Shown here piece by piece: positions 24,880-38,911 of a stretch of DNA of 64,000 nucleotides; position 1 is the stretch's first letter, and the number at the start of each line of letters is the position of its first letter. A program made the translations under genes and the position numbers. The DNA is from Octopus vulgaris. Lineage: Eukaryota. The notes below the pieces were generated by a model. That model ran no database searches, had not been told where the DNA came from, and saw only the letters and a list, made by a program, of their open reading frames with translations. The stretch spans positions 5,456,001-5,520,000 of the forward strand of contig OX597821.1 of the NCBI GenBank assembly GCA_951406725.2, read 5' to 3'.

Positions 24880-25530
24880 TTGGTGTCAAAAAGTTCATGG
24901 ACAAGTTATCTTTAATAAAAAAAAATAACTTATTTATCTTACATTGACATCAACTCTTTGGAAATAGTTTTAACATCATCTCATTCGAAATAGTCACCTT
25001 GCGCAGCAATACACCGGTCCCAGGGTTCCTGCCCCTTTTTAGAATCTGGCTTGGAATTTGATTTCCGCAAACGAGCGGTGGACCTTCTATGATTTACCCT
25101 GAACCTCGATAAAGGTGTTAAAACGGCGACGTTTGAGCTAAATTTTCATCCTGGGAAAAAGATGGAAGTCTGCAAGTGCTAAGTCTGACGGATAGCGCAG
25201 ATGCGGAAACGATACTCAGTTGTTTTTGGCGAGGAACACACACGTGATGAGACCTCGGTGACAGGGTATCGTCGTTAAGAATTCAATTCTTCACGCTCTA
25301 CATACCTGGTCACTTTCGTCGAATGTCTTCTCACATATATTTCAAAACGTCGCAGTTAAACTCTTCATTGAGCCTCTGACCCGATGTGGGGGTAGAATTA
25401 TCAATGCACAATACCACACACGTCGCAAAACAGGATAAGCATGCGCTTGATTGAGCTGCGGTTTTTTCGTGCCTTATTCGCCCATGTAGGTGAAGGGATC
25501 TTCCATTGTGACGACTACTCAGGGTCGTAT
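24880..25530 (-). mobile_element. Mariner element, 3' half
   Basis: Minus strand PHLRYPSDLALADFHLFPRMK and WDRCIAAQGDYFE (YSPDLAPxDF motif, mariner C-terminus). Confidence 0.8.
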
Positions 25531-25534
25531 TTTG

Positions 25535-27228
25535 TTAATCAGGAATACAGTTACTGAACGGATTGATGACATGTCAGGTGATTTGAAACAACAGTTGAAA
25601 GCCGCATCATCAAGATTTGAACATTATTCTATTGCTACTGATGAGACCGTTGACATCACTGGAATAGCACAGCTCGCGTTTCCACCAGAGCCTGTGAGAG
25701 TGAATTTAATATTTATGAAGAACTGATTGAACTGATCCCCATTCATGGCATCTTTGAGAAAGTCGAACAGGTTCTGCATGACTATGGTTTAGATTTGAGT
25801 AAACTTGCGTGCTTATCTAGCGATAGCGCTGCCAATATGGTTGGCAGACATAATGGTGTTGCTGACAAATTACGAACAAAAATGGACAATTTGCATCGAG
25901 ATTCATTATTTGCACATTTTCACTGCATTATTCATCAGCAAAATTCGCGTTCAAAGATTTTAAAATTGGATCATGGGATTAGTTTGGTCACAAAGACATT
26001 GATCTATATCGGAAGCCATGTTCTTAACCACAGTCAATTCAGTGAGTCGTTGGAAGATATGGAGGGTCAGTTCACTGATGTTCCATTCTACACAGAATCC
26101 GGCGGTTGTATTGCCACAAAGTGCTGAAAAGATTTTATTTGTTGAGACAAGAAATAATTACGTTTTTGGAGATGAAAAGTCAAAACACAGATGAAATAAA
26201 AGATGAGAGTTGGCTCCAGGATCTGGCTTTTGCTGTGGACATTACTGTACAATTAACTGATCTCAATTTGAAATTACAATCATCGCTCAGTGGTATGATA
26301 ACATCAAGTACTTTATTACAAAATTAAGCTTATGGAAGTTACAGTTGTCAAATGAAAATTCAGTTCATTTTCCTAAGTGCAAAGGGCTGAAAAACAGTGC
26401 TAATGCTGAGTCTGTACTTAGCTTTGCCAAGTTTGACACTCACCTAGAATTGTTGTCAAAGAAATTTCTTGAAAGATTTCGTGATTTCTCGTCTTTTAAA
26501 CATCCGTTTACATTATTCTCAGCACAATTTGCCTTTGATGTTGCTAAAGCAGAATAAAGCCTGGAGATGGAAAAATGCAGTCAGATTCTTCACTCAGAGC
26601 AAAGTATTTTGAAGTAGGGATACCTGGTTTATTTTCATACCTTCCTGAAAACTTTAAAAACTTCAGAAAGTTTGCCACAAGGGTTACAGCAATGTTTGGT
26701 TCTACCTGTGTGTAAGAAAGTTATTTTCCTTCATGAAACCAGCAAAAACTTCTCAGAGGACAAGACTGACTGATGGACACTTGTCATCTGTGATCAAACT
26801 GGAACCACACAGACATTTCAACCAGACATACCAAACATTGTCAGCAAAAAGGTGTGTGAAGCCTCAGGACAAAACATTAAAAATGTTTGAATAATCGTAA
26901 ATAAGTGTTCATTTTGACTACTGTAATTTTTGTACTATGTATTTGTTGCTGTTGCATTCAAATCTATGATGCCGTTTACAATTTCGTTTTTTTGGGGGGG
27001 AGGGTTCACTATTTTTTTTTGTTTCGGTTTTTTTTTTCTAAACTACTTCCTTACTTTGTATTCTTGAATTTAGCAAAACCCTAGTACATTTCTAAGATTA
27101 AGTAAGGAAAATATTCTGCAATAATTTCTATTAAATGACTTCAGTTATAATTGAAGCTAGTGCAACCCTCATAACAAAACAAATATGACCCATATTCCCC
27201 TCGGGGAACCCTCATTTTGACATACCTG
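25535..27228 (+). mobile_element. 5'-truncated hAT (SPIN/GTF2IRD2-like) transposon, decayed transposase
   Basis: RNTVTERIDDMS..YSIATDETVDITGIAQLA, HCIIHQQ, WLQDLAFAVDIT..LNLKLQ, MFGST..RTRLTDGHL dimerisation domain; 3' TIR TTTGACATACCTG. Confidence 0.92.
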
Positions 27229-27459
27229 CTGTATCAGATGTTTTTAAACCGACCGTCATTATGTGCCTGGACCAACACTCACCAAAAAAGGTGACCCGTG
27301 ACCAAACTACTGGTGTTTAGATTGGTTCTATTACAATAGTATACGCTTCATATTGATATACATACACACATACATACATACATCCAGATTACAAGTTCAG
27401 ATTTATACCTGTAATTATTGAGGCACTGGGATATGTAACACACATTCAAGCCAGCGCTA

Positions 27460-27570
27460 GTAGAAAAATGACCATGTTTGGTTTCAAGACGAAAGGTGTT
27501 CTTCCATCAGGATAATGCTCGGCCACATCCAGTGAGGATGACATTCTAAAGGCTGGAGCAGTTTGAATTA
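27460..27570 (+). pseudogene. Short mariner transposase fragment
   Basis: KVFFHQDNARPH motif. Confidence 0.65.
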
Positions 27571-28116
27571 TTTAATATATCTACTACGAAAATAAGATCG
27601 TCTATGTGTTCGCTGGACTTGCTAAAAATAAGAGTCAAATCATCGTCAGAATACACTTCATGATGTGAAAAATCAAAATGACAAGGTGAGTAATGTATCA
27701 TAATTGGATAACATAATCCAGCGAATGACTGAAATAAAATGATGTGAAATGTCATGGCTGCAATAATTTTTCTCGAGGCAAGTTAAATCAGGATTAAATA
27801 ACAACAACAGCAACAACAGATCATCTTCTGTCATCGTTTTGTAGATCAGTGCTCTCAAATATGGTGTTTGCGAACTCTTTGAAGCATACAAATGGAGTAT
27901 TGGGTTTTCGGTCAGATGAGTTCTGAATTTGTTGATGAGACAGAATCTTTTGATGAAGTGCTAAATTTCTGTGACGTAAATAAACAAACATCGGCTGTCA
28001 AGCTGTGGGAGGAGACAAAAACGACACACACATAGTCACACACATACGCACACAAACAAATAGGTAGATAGACAGATAGATAGATATGTATGTAAATAGG
28101 TAGCTAGGTAAGTAAG

Positions 28117-28170
<54 letters not shown>

Positions 28171-30387
28171 AGCGTGTGTGCATATATATATATATATATT
28201 TAAAATTTAATAAGGGTAGAAATTGATATTAATCAATTAAAACCAGTGGCCCAGCATATTAAAAAAATCCGAAGATTAAAATATTTTTACATTTTTAGTG
28301 GTCAGTCCTTTAAATTTTGTATATATATATATATTTATATATATATATATCAATGATATCAATACGACAGCTTGTTTTTGTACGTACGTACCTGAGGCGT
28401 GTGTCACACATATTTCAAAGGAAGAAGTGTGACAAAGCGGGAGAGGACAGAAAGGAAATGAGAGAGAGACAGCGGGTGGTGACGGCGTTTGTTTTGTGTT
28501 TTTAAATGTTTATCGTTATTTTCAGAGTAGATTGATACATAGATCGCAAGAAAAGTAGATACATAGACACGTACACATATTGTTAAATTAAAAGCGGGAG
28601 AGAGGAGGGACATAGTGAAAGTGAGAGAGAAAAAGAGAAAGCGAGAGAGACAGTAGATACATCCATCGAAAGAAAAGTGGATGCATAGATACATAGACAC
28701 AATGTTAAATGAAAGACAAATATTAGATGTCACTTCCACTTTTCATTGTCACACAAGGATAAAATTAACTCGGAAGTTAATTAATACAGCGCGCCGCCGA
28801 GAATTGTACTCATTATTTTACGATCATGGGCCGAATGTCCCTAACCACTGAGTCACGCACCTTCACACTCTTAACCGTAGATAAAAGGAGTGAAGCGATA
28901 GAGACAGAGAAAGGAAAGCCTCAGTCATTTGAAATGACAATTAGACAGAAATATGATCGATCTTTTCTGGCTTTTTTTTACTTTTAACAATGAAGAAGAG
29001 GGAAAGACATTTAGTAATGAAAAGAGGGAAAGTCTTTCAGGTGTTTGCATTTTTATTCTGGGAATTCTAGAACAATCGAGTGTTAGTTTCCTTCACTCCC
29101 GATACTTACTTATTCGCCTCGTTTCATAGTTCTCCATGTCTTTTACTTGGTGGCGGGAGAGGATTTTGTTTCAGGCACGTTTAACGTTTTCTCTACAAAC
29201 TACAAACAGGCCCCCTTCTAAACACGCTGGCCTAAAACTTCTTCAAATATGGAGGGGCAAATGCCTCGCTATAAAGGTAAACAATAAGTGATTACTTCCC
29301 TTTGCCATTTGCTATTGAGTTTCGGCCGTGCCACCATTTGCGGTCACCAAAAAACCCCGAAGGTAAAAGTTTATCTCCCCTCGGCCTTGGTTATTGTCTT
29401 CAGCTTGTGGCGTCGCTTTGCGGACTTCAAAAGGCCAGCAGGAATCTTCTAAAATGACCGGAGCTGTAGTAGAAGACATTTACCCAAACTTTTCACACAG
29501 TGAAATTAAACTCAAAACCACTTTGTTACAAACCGAGCTTCTTACCTAAACAGGAACACCTACTCCTATATAGCTACATCTGAACATTTTTGTTTCGTGT
29601 ATTTCAACTGAATAAAAAATTGGATAGACTTAACCAGAATGCTTCAACCAAAGGTTTGCTTATTCAGGGACGATGTTGTGTCTAGAGAAGACCTTTAAAA
29701 GAAAAGAAAAGGAAAGCGTAATACTTGAAGAGAATTTCGAAAATGTGAAGTATTTCCAAGTGCGTATCGAAACTGTAATGTTAGGAAATCATTCTGCTAG
29801 GAGTTCATGTTCTAACTCCTCAGTTTTTTAAATAAATATATTTTTTTATCTATTTTATGTTCAGATAATGACTGAAAATTATATATCAAAAAGGAAACCG
29901 CGAAACATATGCAATATGGCTGAAGAAATAATGTACGTTGAGACAACAATTACGTAGAGATACCTCTCTATACTGCCTTGCGATAGTAGTATTTTAACGT
30001 TCCTTGATCAGAAGAAACTGTCTCAGACAAACTTGTTTTACATATTGCTACAGCTTCTTGGAGCAAATGGCTATAATTACCATTTTTTATGTGTATTCCT
30101 TGAGATAAGTCTTATCTTATTTAGAAGTTTTGTTGTCCATTTCCAACGAATCCCTTGTAATTAAGGTGGAAATCTCCATTTATTTACTAAATACACTTGC
30201 GTAGATTCTAAGCCGCTTTTGCAAAGAGTTAACTACAGCAATTACTAAGAAAACGAAGAAATGAGAGGACTTAGAACGAAGGAGATGTCTTTATAATATT
30301 TCCTTCAGTTCTTCTCTTTCTTGCCGATAACGTGGTAGCTGTCTGGGGCGATAACTTAGCTGTCCAAAACAGTAAAAAGGAAAACAA

Positions 30388-30447
<60 letters not shown>

Positions 30448-30682
30448 ACTACAGTGTGTATGTTAGTGTGACAAGTAGACTATATAAAAGTATATATGAA
30501 CATCGCCGAAACAATGACGATGACGACGATGACTATCTATTCAGAAAACGAAGACAGAAGAAAGAGGAAGAGGAGGAGGAGATTGAAGGGGAGGGGGAGA
30601 TATGAAAAGAATTTTTTGCTTGTTTTAGTTAATAGTCCATTTATTGTTTTTTTTTTATATTTTCTCCTATTAACTAAACAGA

Positions 30683-30724
<42 letters not shown>

Positions 30725-32567
30725 CATATATATAAATATACGCATATATATATAAATATGTTTATATTTATATATATGTATTTTATATATGTATATATAT
30801 ATATGTATATATATGTATATATATGTATATATCTATATATATATGCATATATATATATGTAAATTACGTATGCACATATATATGTATATATATGTATATA
30901 TATATATATATATACATACTTACATACATACCTACCTGTGTATGTACATACATACCTGTGTGTATATAAATATATATATATATACATACATACATACATA
31001 CATACATACATACATACATACATACATACACACACACATACCTGTGTGTGTGTGAATCAGATATAATCATATCGTCATTATGTTCTTCTTCTTCTTGTTC
31101 CCGTCATCATAGTCTCGGTATTGTTATTATTGTTTGTATTTATAACCATCATTTTTTTCTATCACACTTGTTCTTCTTGTTATTGCTGCTGTTGGTGACG
31201 TTTAAATTATGCTTAGATTTTCTATGATTTTTTCTTTTAGTATTTCTTCTCTAAATTTTTGTTCCTATATATTTTACTGCTTCATCTATTATTTTCTTTT
31301 TTTTTACTTACTAGTTATTTTTGTTGTTGTTACCTCAGCGTTTTTATTATTGCTAGAGACTGATAATGAAAACGGTGAGGAGGAGGAGGGGGCTAAAAGT
31401 AAATGAGGTGGAGGTAAGAGGAACAGAATGGGGATGGTTAATAATGTAGATGATACAATAGCCGACATATTTTACTCATGTTTTTTAAAGGAATGAGTTT
31501 GGTTTTGATGGGAAAAAAACTGCCCGCGGCTTTACATATTTTCATTGATTAGGAACAGAAATACCTGCGTGAGACCAAGGACAATCATTATTCAGATGTA
31601 GTTTATATGATGTCATTGATGTAGTTATTGTTGTTTTTGTTTAGATACAGGTCAGCCACGATCGAAGACACTCCATAAGTGGCAATCTCCTCTTTTTTCT
31701 AAACAGAATACAGCTACAAATCACATTTCCTTCTGTGCTGGTTACTCTGAAACCTTCAAAATTATTCGAGATTCTTTGAGGATTCATTGAGAATTTTTTT
31801 TATATCTCATACATCGTTCCCGAAACTTTTTTGGGGTGTTTTTGAAATTTGTGAGTCTATTAAATTCTCCACTCACACACTTACTTGTTTTTTTTCAAAT
31901 TTTTATTTTCCAGTTTTTCATTATTTCCATTTTTTCACCTTCTCTTGTTTTGTTCTTAAGTACGTTTACCTTTTCTAAACTTCTCTTAACTCAACTCCCT
32001 CTGATTTATTCAGTAACAATGCTTCCTCATCAACCTTTAACATCCTAACATCTACCACCAGCATTACTCTGTTATCCTTTTTCTATACATTTTCTACTGT
32101 TCGTTTTTTAATTTGATAATATTATTTGTCATATCTGAAATATGCTTTATCTTCATTTACCTATGATGAAGGAAGCCTTGACCATGAGGAATTGATATTT
32201 ACAAATAGTGTCCAACAATCGTTGAGTGTGTTCACTCTGAACCATAACACCCTCCCGTTGGTGGGTCGGCACCGGTGACCGAATTGCTGCTCGTCGTGTC
32301 ATACCGACTTCCGGTTTAACTGCTCATTCGTCTTCCATATCCACCAAAAGCTTCTTTCTGCTTCCTCTTGCAGGTTGTAGACGTAAGGAAAATTTGGCTA
32401 ACATCTTTAACTGGTGGGGATAACTTGCAAAATTATATACACATATAAGTTTTGACAAATGTGTGAACACGAATTTCCAAATCAATCAGGTACAACCCTT
32501 TAGCAATACATGCATCTTCATATCGTGCAGTGGAGTCTTGAAATTAATATATTTCTATATATTTATC

Positions 32568-32772
32568 TAAAGCAGCAGAAAATTCAACAAAACCTGTTAC
32601 TCTGAGTTTCCCGTTGCCGTTCATCGGACAGTTTTTGCTGAACGGCAACGGGAAACTCAGAGTAACAGGTTTTGTTGAATTTTCTGCTGCTTTAAATAAA
32701 GCATATTACTCTACCACTGGTATTTGAGTACTCTTTTTTCCACCTTGTTTCACATTTATGTGTTTACTCCGG
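32568..32772. mobile_element. Inverted PLE pLTR fragment (perfect 56-bp hairpin) with HHR variant
   Basis: Arms 32568-32623 and 32639-32694; minus strand 32589-32636 reads ctgt-CCGATGA-acg(gcaa)cgg-GAAA-ctc(a)gag-TA-acag. Confidence 0.8.
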
Positions 32773-32867
32773 TATATATTTATCTAGAAATATACAAAAT
32801 ATATTATAATAGAAAATAATAATAGTTCAGTTTCAGGGATTTATCAATAAGCGCATGGGTGGTTATA

Positions 32868-33029
32868 GGCGCAGGAGTGGCTGTGTGGTAAGAAGCTTGC
32901 GTACCAACTACGTGGTTCCGGGTTGATTCCCACTGCGTGGCACCTTGGGCAAGCGTTTTCTACTATAGCCTCGGGTTGGCCAATGCCTTGTGAGTGGATT
33001 TTGGTAGACGGAAACTGAAAGAAGCCCGT

Positions 33030-33084
<55 letters not shown>

Positions 33085-33310
33085 GTGTAAATGTTTGTAC
33101 GTCTGTGTTTGCCCCCCACCTCCAACATCGCTTGACAACCGATGCTGGTGTGTTTACGTCCCTGTAACTTTGCGGTTCGGCAAATGAGACAGATAGAATA
33201 AGTACTAGGCTTCCAAGGAATAAGTCCTGGGTCGATTTGCTCGACTAAAGGCGGTGCTGCTCCAGCATGGCCGCAGTCAAATAACTGAAACAAGTAAAGA
33301 GACAAGAGTA
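32868..33310 (+). mobile_element. SINE family A, full length
   Basis: Head GGCGCAGGAGTGGCTGTGTGG, internal (TA)n, tail CTCCAGCATGGCCGCAGTCAAATAACTGAAAC. Confidence 0.92.
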
Positions 33311-34439
33311 TTCTATTTCAGATTATGCAAAAAATAACATGACGAGAATATCTTAAGGAAAAACTCTTGGTATCTATAGACATATCAAGAAATAATACTT
33401 AAAGGATTACATTACCTCTTACATTCGATTCCATGTTTTCGATATCTTATACGTATCCACCCACAATGAGGATAATCCTTGTTTTGTTTTAATATATACC
33501 ATGTACTCCGACTCAGATGATAATTTAATTCAATTATATTCATGGTGGAATGGTTGTATCATGGCCGCTTAATATACTTAGAAAAGATCTTATGAGCTTT
33601 CTTATATATATTAAAGTATGCCATTATTAGGTTTTAAGTTTAATTTCCATTCTTTTCCTATATACTGATTAAATGTTTTTCTATATTTAATATAATAAAC
33701 TTGCTAAGTTATAAATTACTACATCCCGTGTCCTTCCCGTATCCCTCAATTTTAATTCCGACCCTTAAAGCTTATATTACTTATCTCTTTTTTTTTTTCG
33801 TTATATTCCCCATTTATTTGATAAACTAAACAAGTACTGACTAGCCCTATCCTTCCTCTTCGAGTTATTACCTCTTCCCCATCTGTCATTCTCTTACTAG
33901 CAGCTCTGAGACATATCCTTTTATGTAGATAATGCTAGATGTATAGTTCCAGTAAAATAAGGGTCTGGGAGATTGTCTGACATAAATTGATTTATCACCT
34001 TCATCTAGAACACAGTTGACATCTTGCAATGGAATTAATTCTAAATGGTTGTAGACTGCATAAAACCTTCTAAATATAAATAACTATCTCACCACTCCCA
34101 TATCTTGACCCCACTATTTTCCTCTGCTACTCTCTAAATTATAATATACTTAATAAAATATACATTATTTTCTAAACTCATTCTGCCATAAATATAACAT
34201 AAGGAAACAATGTAACTATTTCAGTTTCTAGGATTGATATAAATTCTTTTTAATGGTTTATCCTTTATGTTGCAACTTATATGGTCATCTACAAGTGATG
34301 AGAGCGGTTTCTTTCAAACTGATGTAATGATTTTATTGATCAATTAAATGGAACGAAGCGTCCGTAATGTATTGATACCTGGAAATCCTTGTTACATATT
34401 AACATTATATATGTATACACACACACACACACACACGTG

Positions 34440-34640
34440 TATCGTTGGCGATTTTCTTTCTCCTTCCCTCTCCGTCTTCCCTTCCTGGGACCTTTCCGCT
34501 TTCTATGTTTCTCAGGAAGAGCTCCGCTCGAAACGTTAAATTATCCTTTCTTTCCTTTCCTGAGCATCCAATAACACTATACTTGTTCCACGTCCTCACG
34601 TTCTTGTGCTCTCTCTTTGTACATGTTAGGATTGACTATA
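34440..34640 (+). mobile_element. PLE pLTR-like remnant with minimal HHR (G5 mutated)
   Basis: ttt-CTCAGGA-a-gagc(tcc)gctc-GAAA-cg-TT-aaa at 34508-34540, same architecture as 2948-2983. Confidence 0.6.
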
Positions 34641-35074
34641 TATATATATACGACAGACTTCTACACAATTTCCGCTTGCTAAATGCACTCACAGGTACCC
34701 CAGCTGCCAAGCAGTAGGATTGAGCCCGAAGCCACAAGGTTGCAAAGCAAGCCCCTTAACCACACGTCCGTACCTACGCTTATAAAGAAATAAATTACTA
34801 AAGTTGTCTCTTAGAATCGACAATAACCTGATAGTTTGCATCAATCGTCGCTTAATTATTTTAGATGCATATGTAATCACGAGTAGACATAGTCACCCTC
34901 TTAATATCCTAATAAACATTGCCAAGCAGAACCCGCTGGATATGTTGGTGACGATAGCGGCACTACTGTTCGTGATATCTTGTTAATGGAGCAGGAGTGC
35001 CCGAAAAGAATGACAGGTAAAGTTGGCCTCAGCGGGATTTGAACTCAAAGAGCAAAAAGCCGAAATACAAATCA

Positions 35075-35290
35075 TCTTTAAATTTTGACACAAGGCCAGC
35101 AATTGTAAGCGAAAAGCAAAGTCGATTACATCGACCCTTATATGCAACTAGTACTTACTTTATCGACCCGTAAAGAATAAAAAGCAAAGGCAGCCGCGAC
35201 GGAGTTTGAACTCAGAACGTAAAGATTGACGAAATACCATTAATTATTTCGCCTGGCGTGCTAACGATTCCACGAGCTTGCCGCCTTAAG
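35075..35290 (-). mobile_element. SINE family D monomer
   Basis: Ends GAGCTTGCCGCCTT (reverse complement of head); GGAGTTTGAACTCAGAAC. Confidence 0.8.
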
Positions 35291-35702
35291 GCCTATTTAA
35301 ATACCATAACGCGTTGTATCTACGGTTATAGTGACTCAACCAACTTATTCACGAACAAGGTTCTGCAATTTTTGCTGATAGAGACCATCGTTAGTTTCTT
35401 CGTTTCATTTCATTTTAACTTATAAAATGTGTGATAGGCCAGTTATTTGATAGGCAAATTCTGGTAACAGCCTCTAGTGTTAATTGCATTCGTTCAGTAA
35501 AGCCAGAATTCCTTTCTCAGACAGCCAAGTTTGCGATTAACCCCTACTAACACCTACAAACTAGCATTATATGATCGTCACGCAATTTTCGTACGAGAAT
35601 TTAAAGGCAGTTTCATGTCTTTTTACTCAGGTAAATAACATAAAACACCATTTTGTTAGTTAGGTACAGCAAAAATTCGCCATGGATGTGCTATATATGC
35701 AT

Positions 35703-35757
<55 letters not shown>

Positions 35758-35841
35758 AACACAAGGTGTATTTATATATATGTGTGTATATATATTTAGA
35801 AATGTGTGTGTATATATGTAGAAATGTGTGTGAATATATAT

Positions 35842-36064
35842 ATTCTTTTATTTGTTTCAGTCATTTGACTGCGGCCATGCTGGAGCACCGCCTTTAATCG
35901 AATAAATCGGCCCCAGGACTCATTCTTTGTAAGCCTAGTATTTCTTCTATCGGTCTCTTTGGATAAACCGCTAAGTTACGGCAGACACAAACACACCAAC
36001 ATCGCTTGTCAAGCGATGTTGGGGAACAAACACAGATATACAAACATATGTATATATATATATC

Positions 36065-36121
<57 letters not shown>

Positions 36122-36164
36122 GACAGACGTCTTTCAGTTTCCGTCTACTAAATCCACTCACAAG
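35842..36164 (-). mobile_element. SINE family A lacking its head (abuts the maT element)
   Basis: Tail and body match family A up to CCACTCACAAG. Confidence 0.85.
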
Positions 36165-36916
36165 ATCCGATTCAGTCTGCCAGAATTTTGGAAACGACAT
36201 GCTGTACTGCTTGGCATTCGCGCCAGAAGTTCCATTATGGACATTTCAGAGTGTTTGGGAGTCAACCTGAGGACAGTGCAATCTGAGGATATGTGCGGAG
36301 AGCGATAAAGGTCAAACAGCCACTCAACGTCATGGTGTTTGGAGTAACCACTGGTTATGGTGACGTTATGCCTCCATTCATCTTCCAACACGGCCTCACA
36401 CTAAACACAGAGGCCTACATCATATGCCTGGAGGAGGTAGTACTACCCTGGGTCAAGAGAGTGGCTGCTGCAAGACCCTATATCTAGCCACAGCACTCTG
36501 CCCCATGTCACACAAGCAGAAGAACCCAGTCATGGCTGTCAGACAATTTCTGCAACCACATCACCCCCAACATCTGGCCACCTAACTCCCCGGACTGCAA
36601 CCCCCTTTATTTTTATGTGTGGGACGAAGATGAGCGAGAGACCAAGAAAACTCCTTGTAATACCAAAGATTAACTGAAGGCAAGGATTAAGGTAGCATTC
36701 ACTAACTTAAACATGGAGATTGTCTAGAGGAGTTACAGGAGATTATGAAGTTGTGTGGAAACCGTGGTTGAAGACAATGGCGAATTTATTGAATAAATTT
36801 ACTCCTTAGTATTTCAATATATTTTTATGTAATTTTGGTAAATATATCTGTTAAAATGTCAGTGTTATTTTCATTTTTTGCGTAATTTAGGCAACAGTTT
36901 ATTCACTGCACTTTGT
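36165..36916 (+). mobile_element. DD37D (maT/Bmmar1-like) transposon remnant
   Basis: VMVFGV...PPFIF...YIICLEEVVLPW...(Q)HSAPCHTSRRTQSWL...WPPNSPDCNPL(Y)FYVW...VVEDNGEFIE*; 37 residues between the positions of the 2nd and 3rd catalytic Asp (both mutated). Confidence 0.85.
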
Positions 36917-37640
36917 GTATATGAATGAGAGAGAGAGACTGAGATAGCATTCGATGTGTTACGAAACAACGAGTTTACAGGGTAGGGCATTCACCCATCA
37001 AGTTTTCGTGGCCAACAAACAAGCGAGAATAAAACCGTCCGTTTCCTGAACGGGCGCCATTTCGTTGCAGTATGCATGCACACATGCAGAGGGACAGACT
37101 GACATACACATACATGTATATTCGACGAGCCTATGCTGCACAACTATTGGCTACCAAATTCCATTTACGACATTTTTCTCACCGTGTAGTTTAAAATCAA
37201 AAACATTTGTCTAAAAACACGCAATCTGGAATCGAAGTCGCATCTATGGGATTGGCTTTGCAAAGTTTTCGAAACAAACTTGTTAACCGCATGGCTCCGC
37301 TTATACACATGCATTTCCATTTCTTCCCGTTCTTTTATATTTGTCATATGAATGTGAACACACAGGACAGGTTAGTGAGACCTGATGTTGTAAAGTTTGA
37401 CAAAGAAATGTAGTTAAGTTGACCGAAGTTAAAATAACGACGATATTTATATAAAGAATTAATACAAAATTCGAAACGAGATGCAGGAGGTATGATACAA
37501 GGAGGTCCATTCTGGAGAGCTGAATGAATATTTGTCAAAGAATATCTGATTAAATAAGTGAATGGAGTTGTGAAGAGGAAGGAAAGATGCTGGATAACGA
37601 TCTGGATAGAGACAGCATGAGGGGAAAAGCAAAACTAATG

Positions 37641-37700
<60 letters not shown>

Positions 37701-38446
37701 TAAAATAAAGTAAAATGAAATAAAAGATAGAAAAGAAAAGAGCCAGAATATAAAAGCAGTAGATTATAGTGAATGAGCTTTCCGATTGTACCGTTCAGGA
37801 AACAATGCTGTCAGTTCTCCTGTGAACTGTCACGAACTTCACAGCGTGCAAGTTAGTTATGACACAATACAATTGAGTGTCATTAATTTTCTCAAAGAAT
37901 CAGCGACTGCACATACACCGTTTGACACATCCCAATGTACTTAGAAAACTCGAAAACTCGAAAACTTGAAAATTCGTAGGAAAGAAAAGTTAAAGGAAGG
38001 AAAACAAATTAGTATTGTTCGATAGATCAGAATTGAATTGTACTCTGCTCCTTTGGTCAATCAATATTTGTGTAGCCAAAGGAGGGCTATGTCTAAAAAG
38101 GCATGACATTTTCAAGTGAATATGTTCAGGTTGCGGCCATGATCTTTTGTTTGTTTTTGTCATTGTATTGAGGAGAAGGAGGAGGAGAAGAAGAAGAAGA
38201 AGAAGAAGAAGAAGAAGAAGAAGAAGAAGAAGAAGAAGAAGGTAGAGGAGGAAGAAGAGGAGGACGAGCAGGAAGTAAGGGCTTTTGGCAGAAAGATTAT
38301 CGAAATGACATTACAGGTGAAAGAGATTGCTTATTCGGTTATGGTTAGTCGTGATTGACCGTGATATGTCATGATTGCGTGTGACTAAATGCTCGACAAT
38401 ATGAATTAATAAGAAACTTTTACGTTCGTAGCAAAGTCGATTCTTG

Positions 38447-38507
<61 letters not shown>

Positions 38508-38511
38508 GATA

Positions 38512-38875
38512 GTGGAGGCGCAATGGCCCAGTGGTTAGGGCAGCGGACTCGCGGTTTCGATTCCCAGACCGGGCATTGTGAGTGTTTATTGAGCGAAAAC
38601 ACCTAAAGCTCCACGAGGCTCTGACAGGGATGGCGGTGATCCCTGCTGTACTCTTTCACCACAACTTTCTCTCACTTTTACTTCCTGTTTCTGTCGTACC
38701 TGTATTTCAAAGGGCCGGCCTTGTCACTCTCTGTGTCACGCTGAATATCCCCGAGAACTACGTTAAGGGTTCACGTGTCTGTGGAGTACTCAGCCACTTA
38801 CACGTTAATTTCACGAGCAGGCTGTTCCGTTGATCGGATCAACCGGAAACCTCGTCGTCGTAACCGACGGAGTGC
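38512..38875 (+). mobile_element. tRNA-derived SINE, head B + tail X
   Basis: Full-length counterpart of 8893-9257. Confidence 0.9.
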
Positions 38876-38911
38876 TTCCTCCTAAAATAATAATGATAAT
38901 AATAATAATAT

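Noticed and set aside
21813-25644. CTGATGA hits at 21813-21819 and 25638-25644
   Set aside because: Inside mariner and hAT coding remnants; no HHR stems
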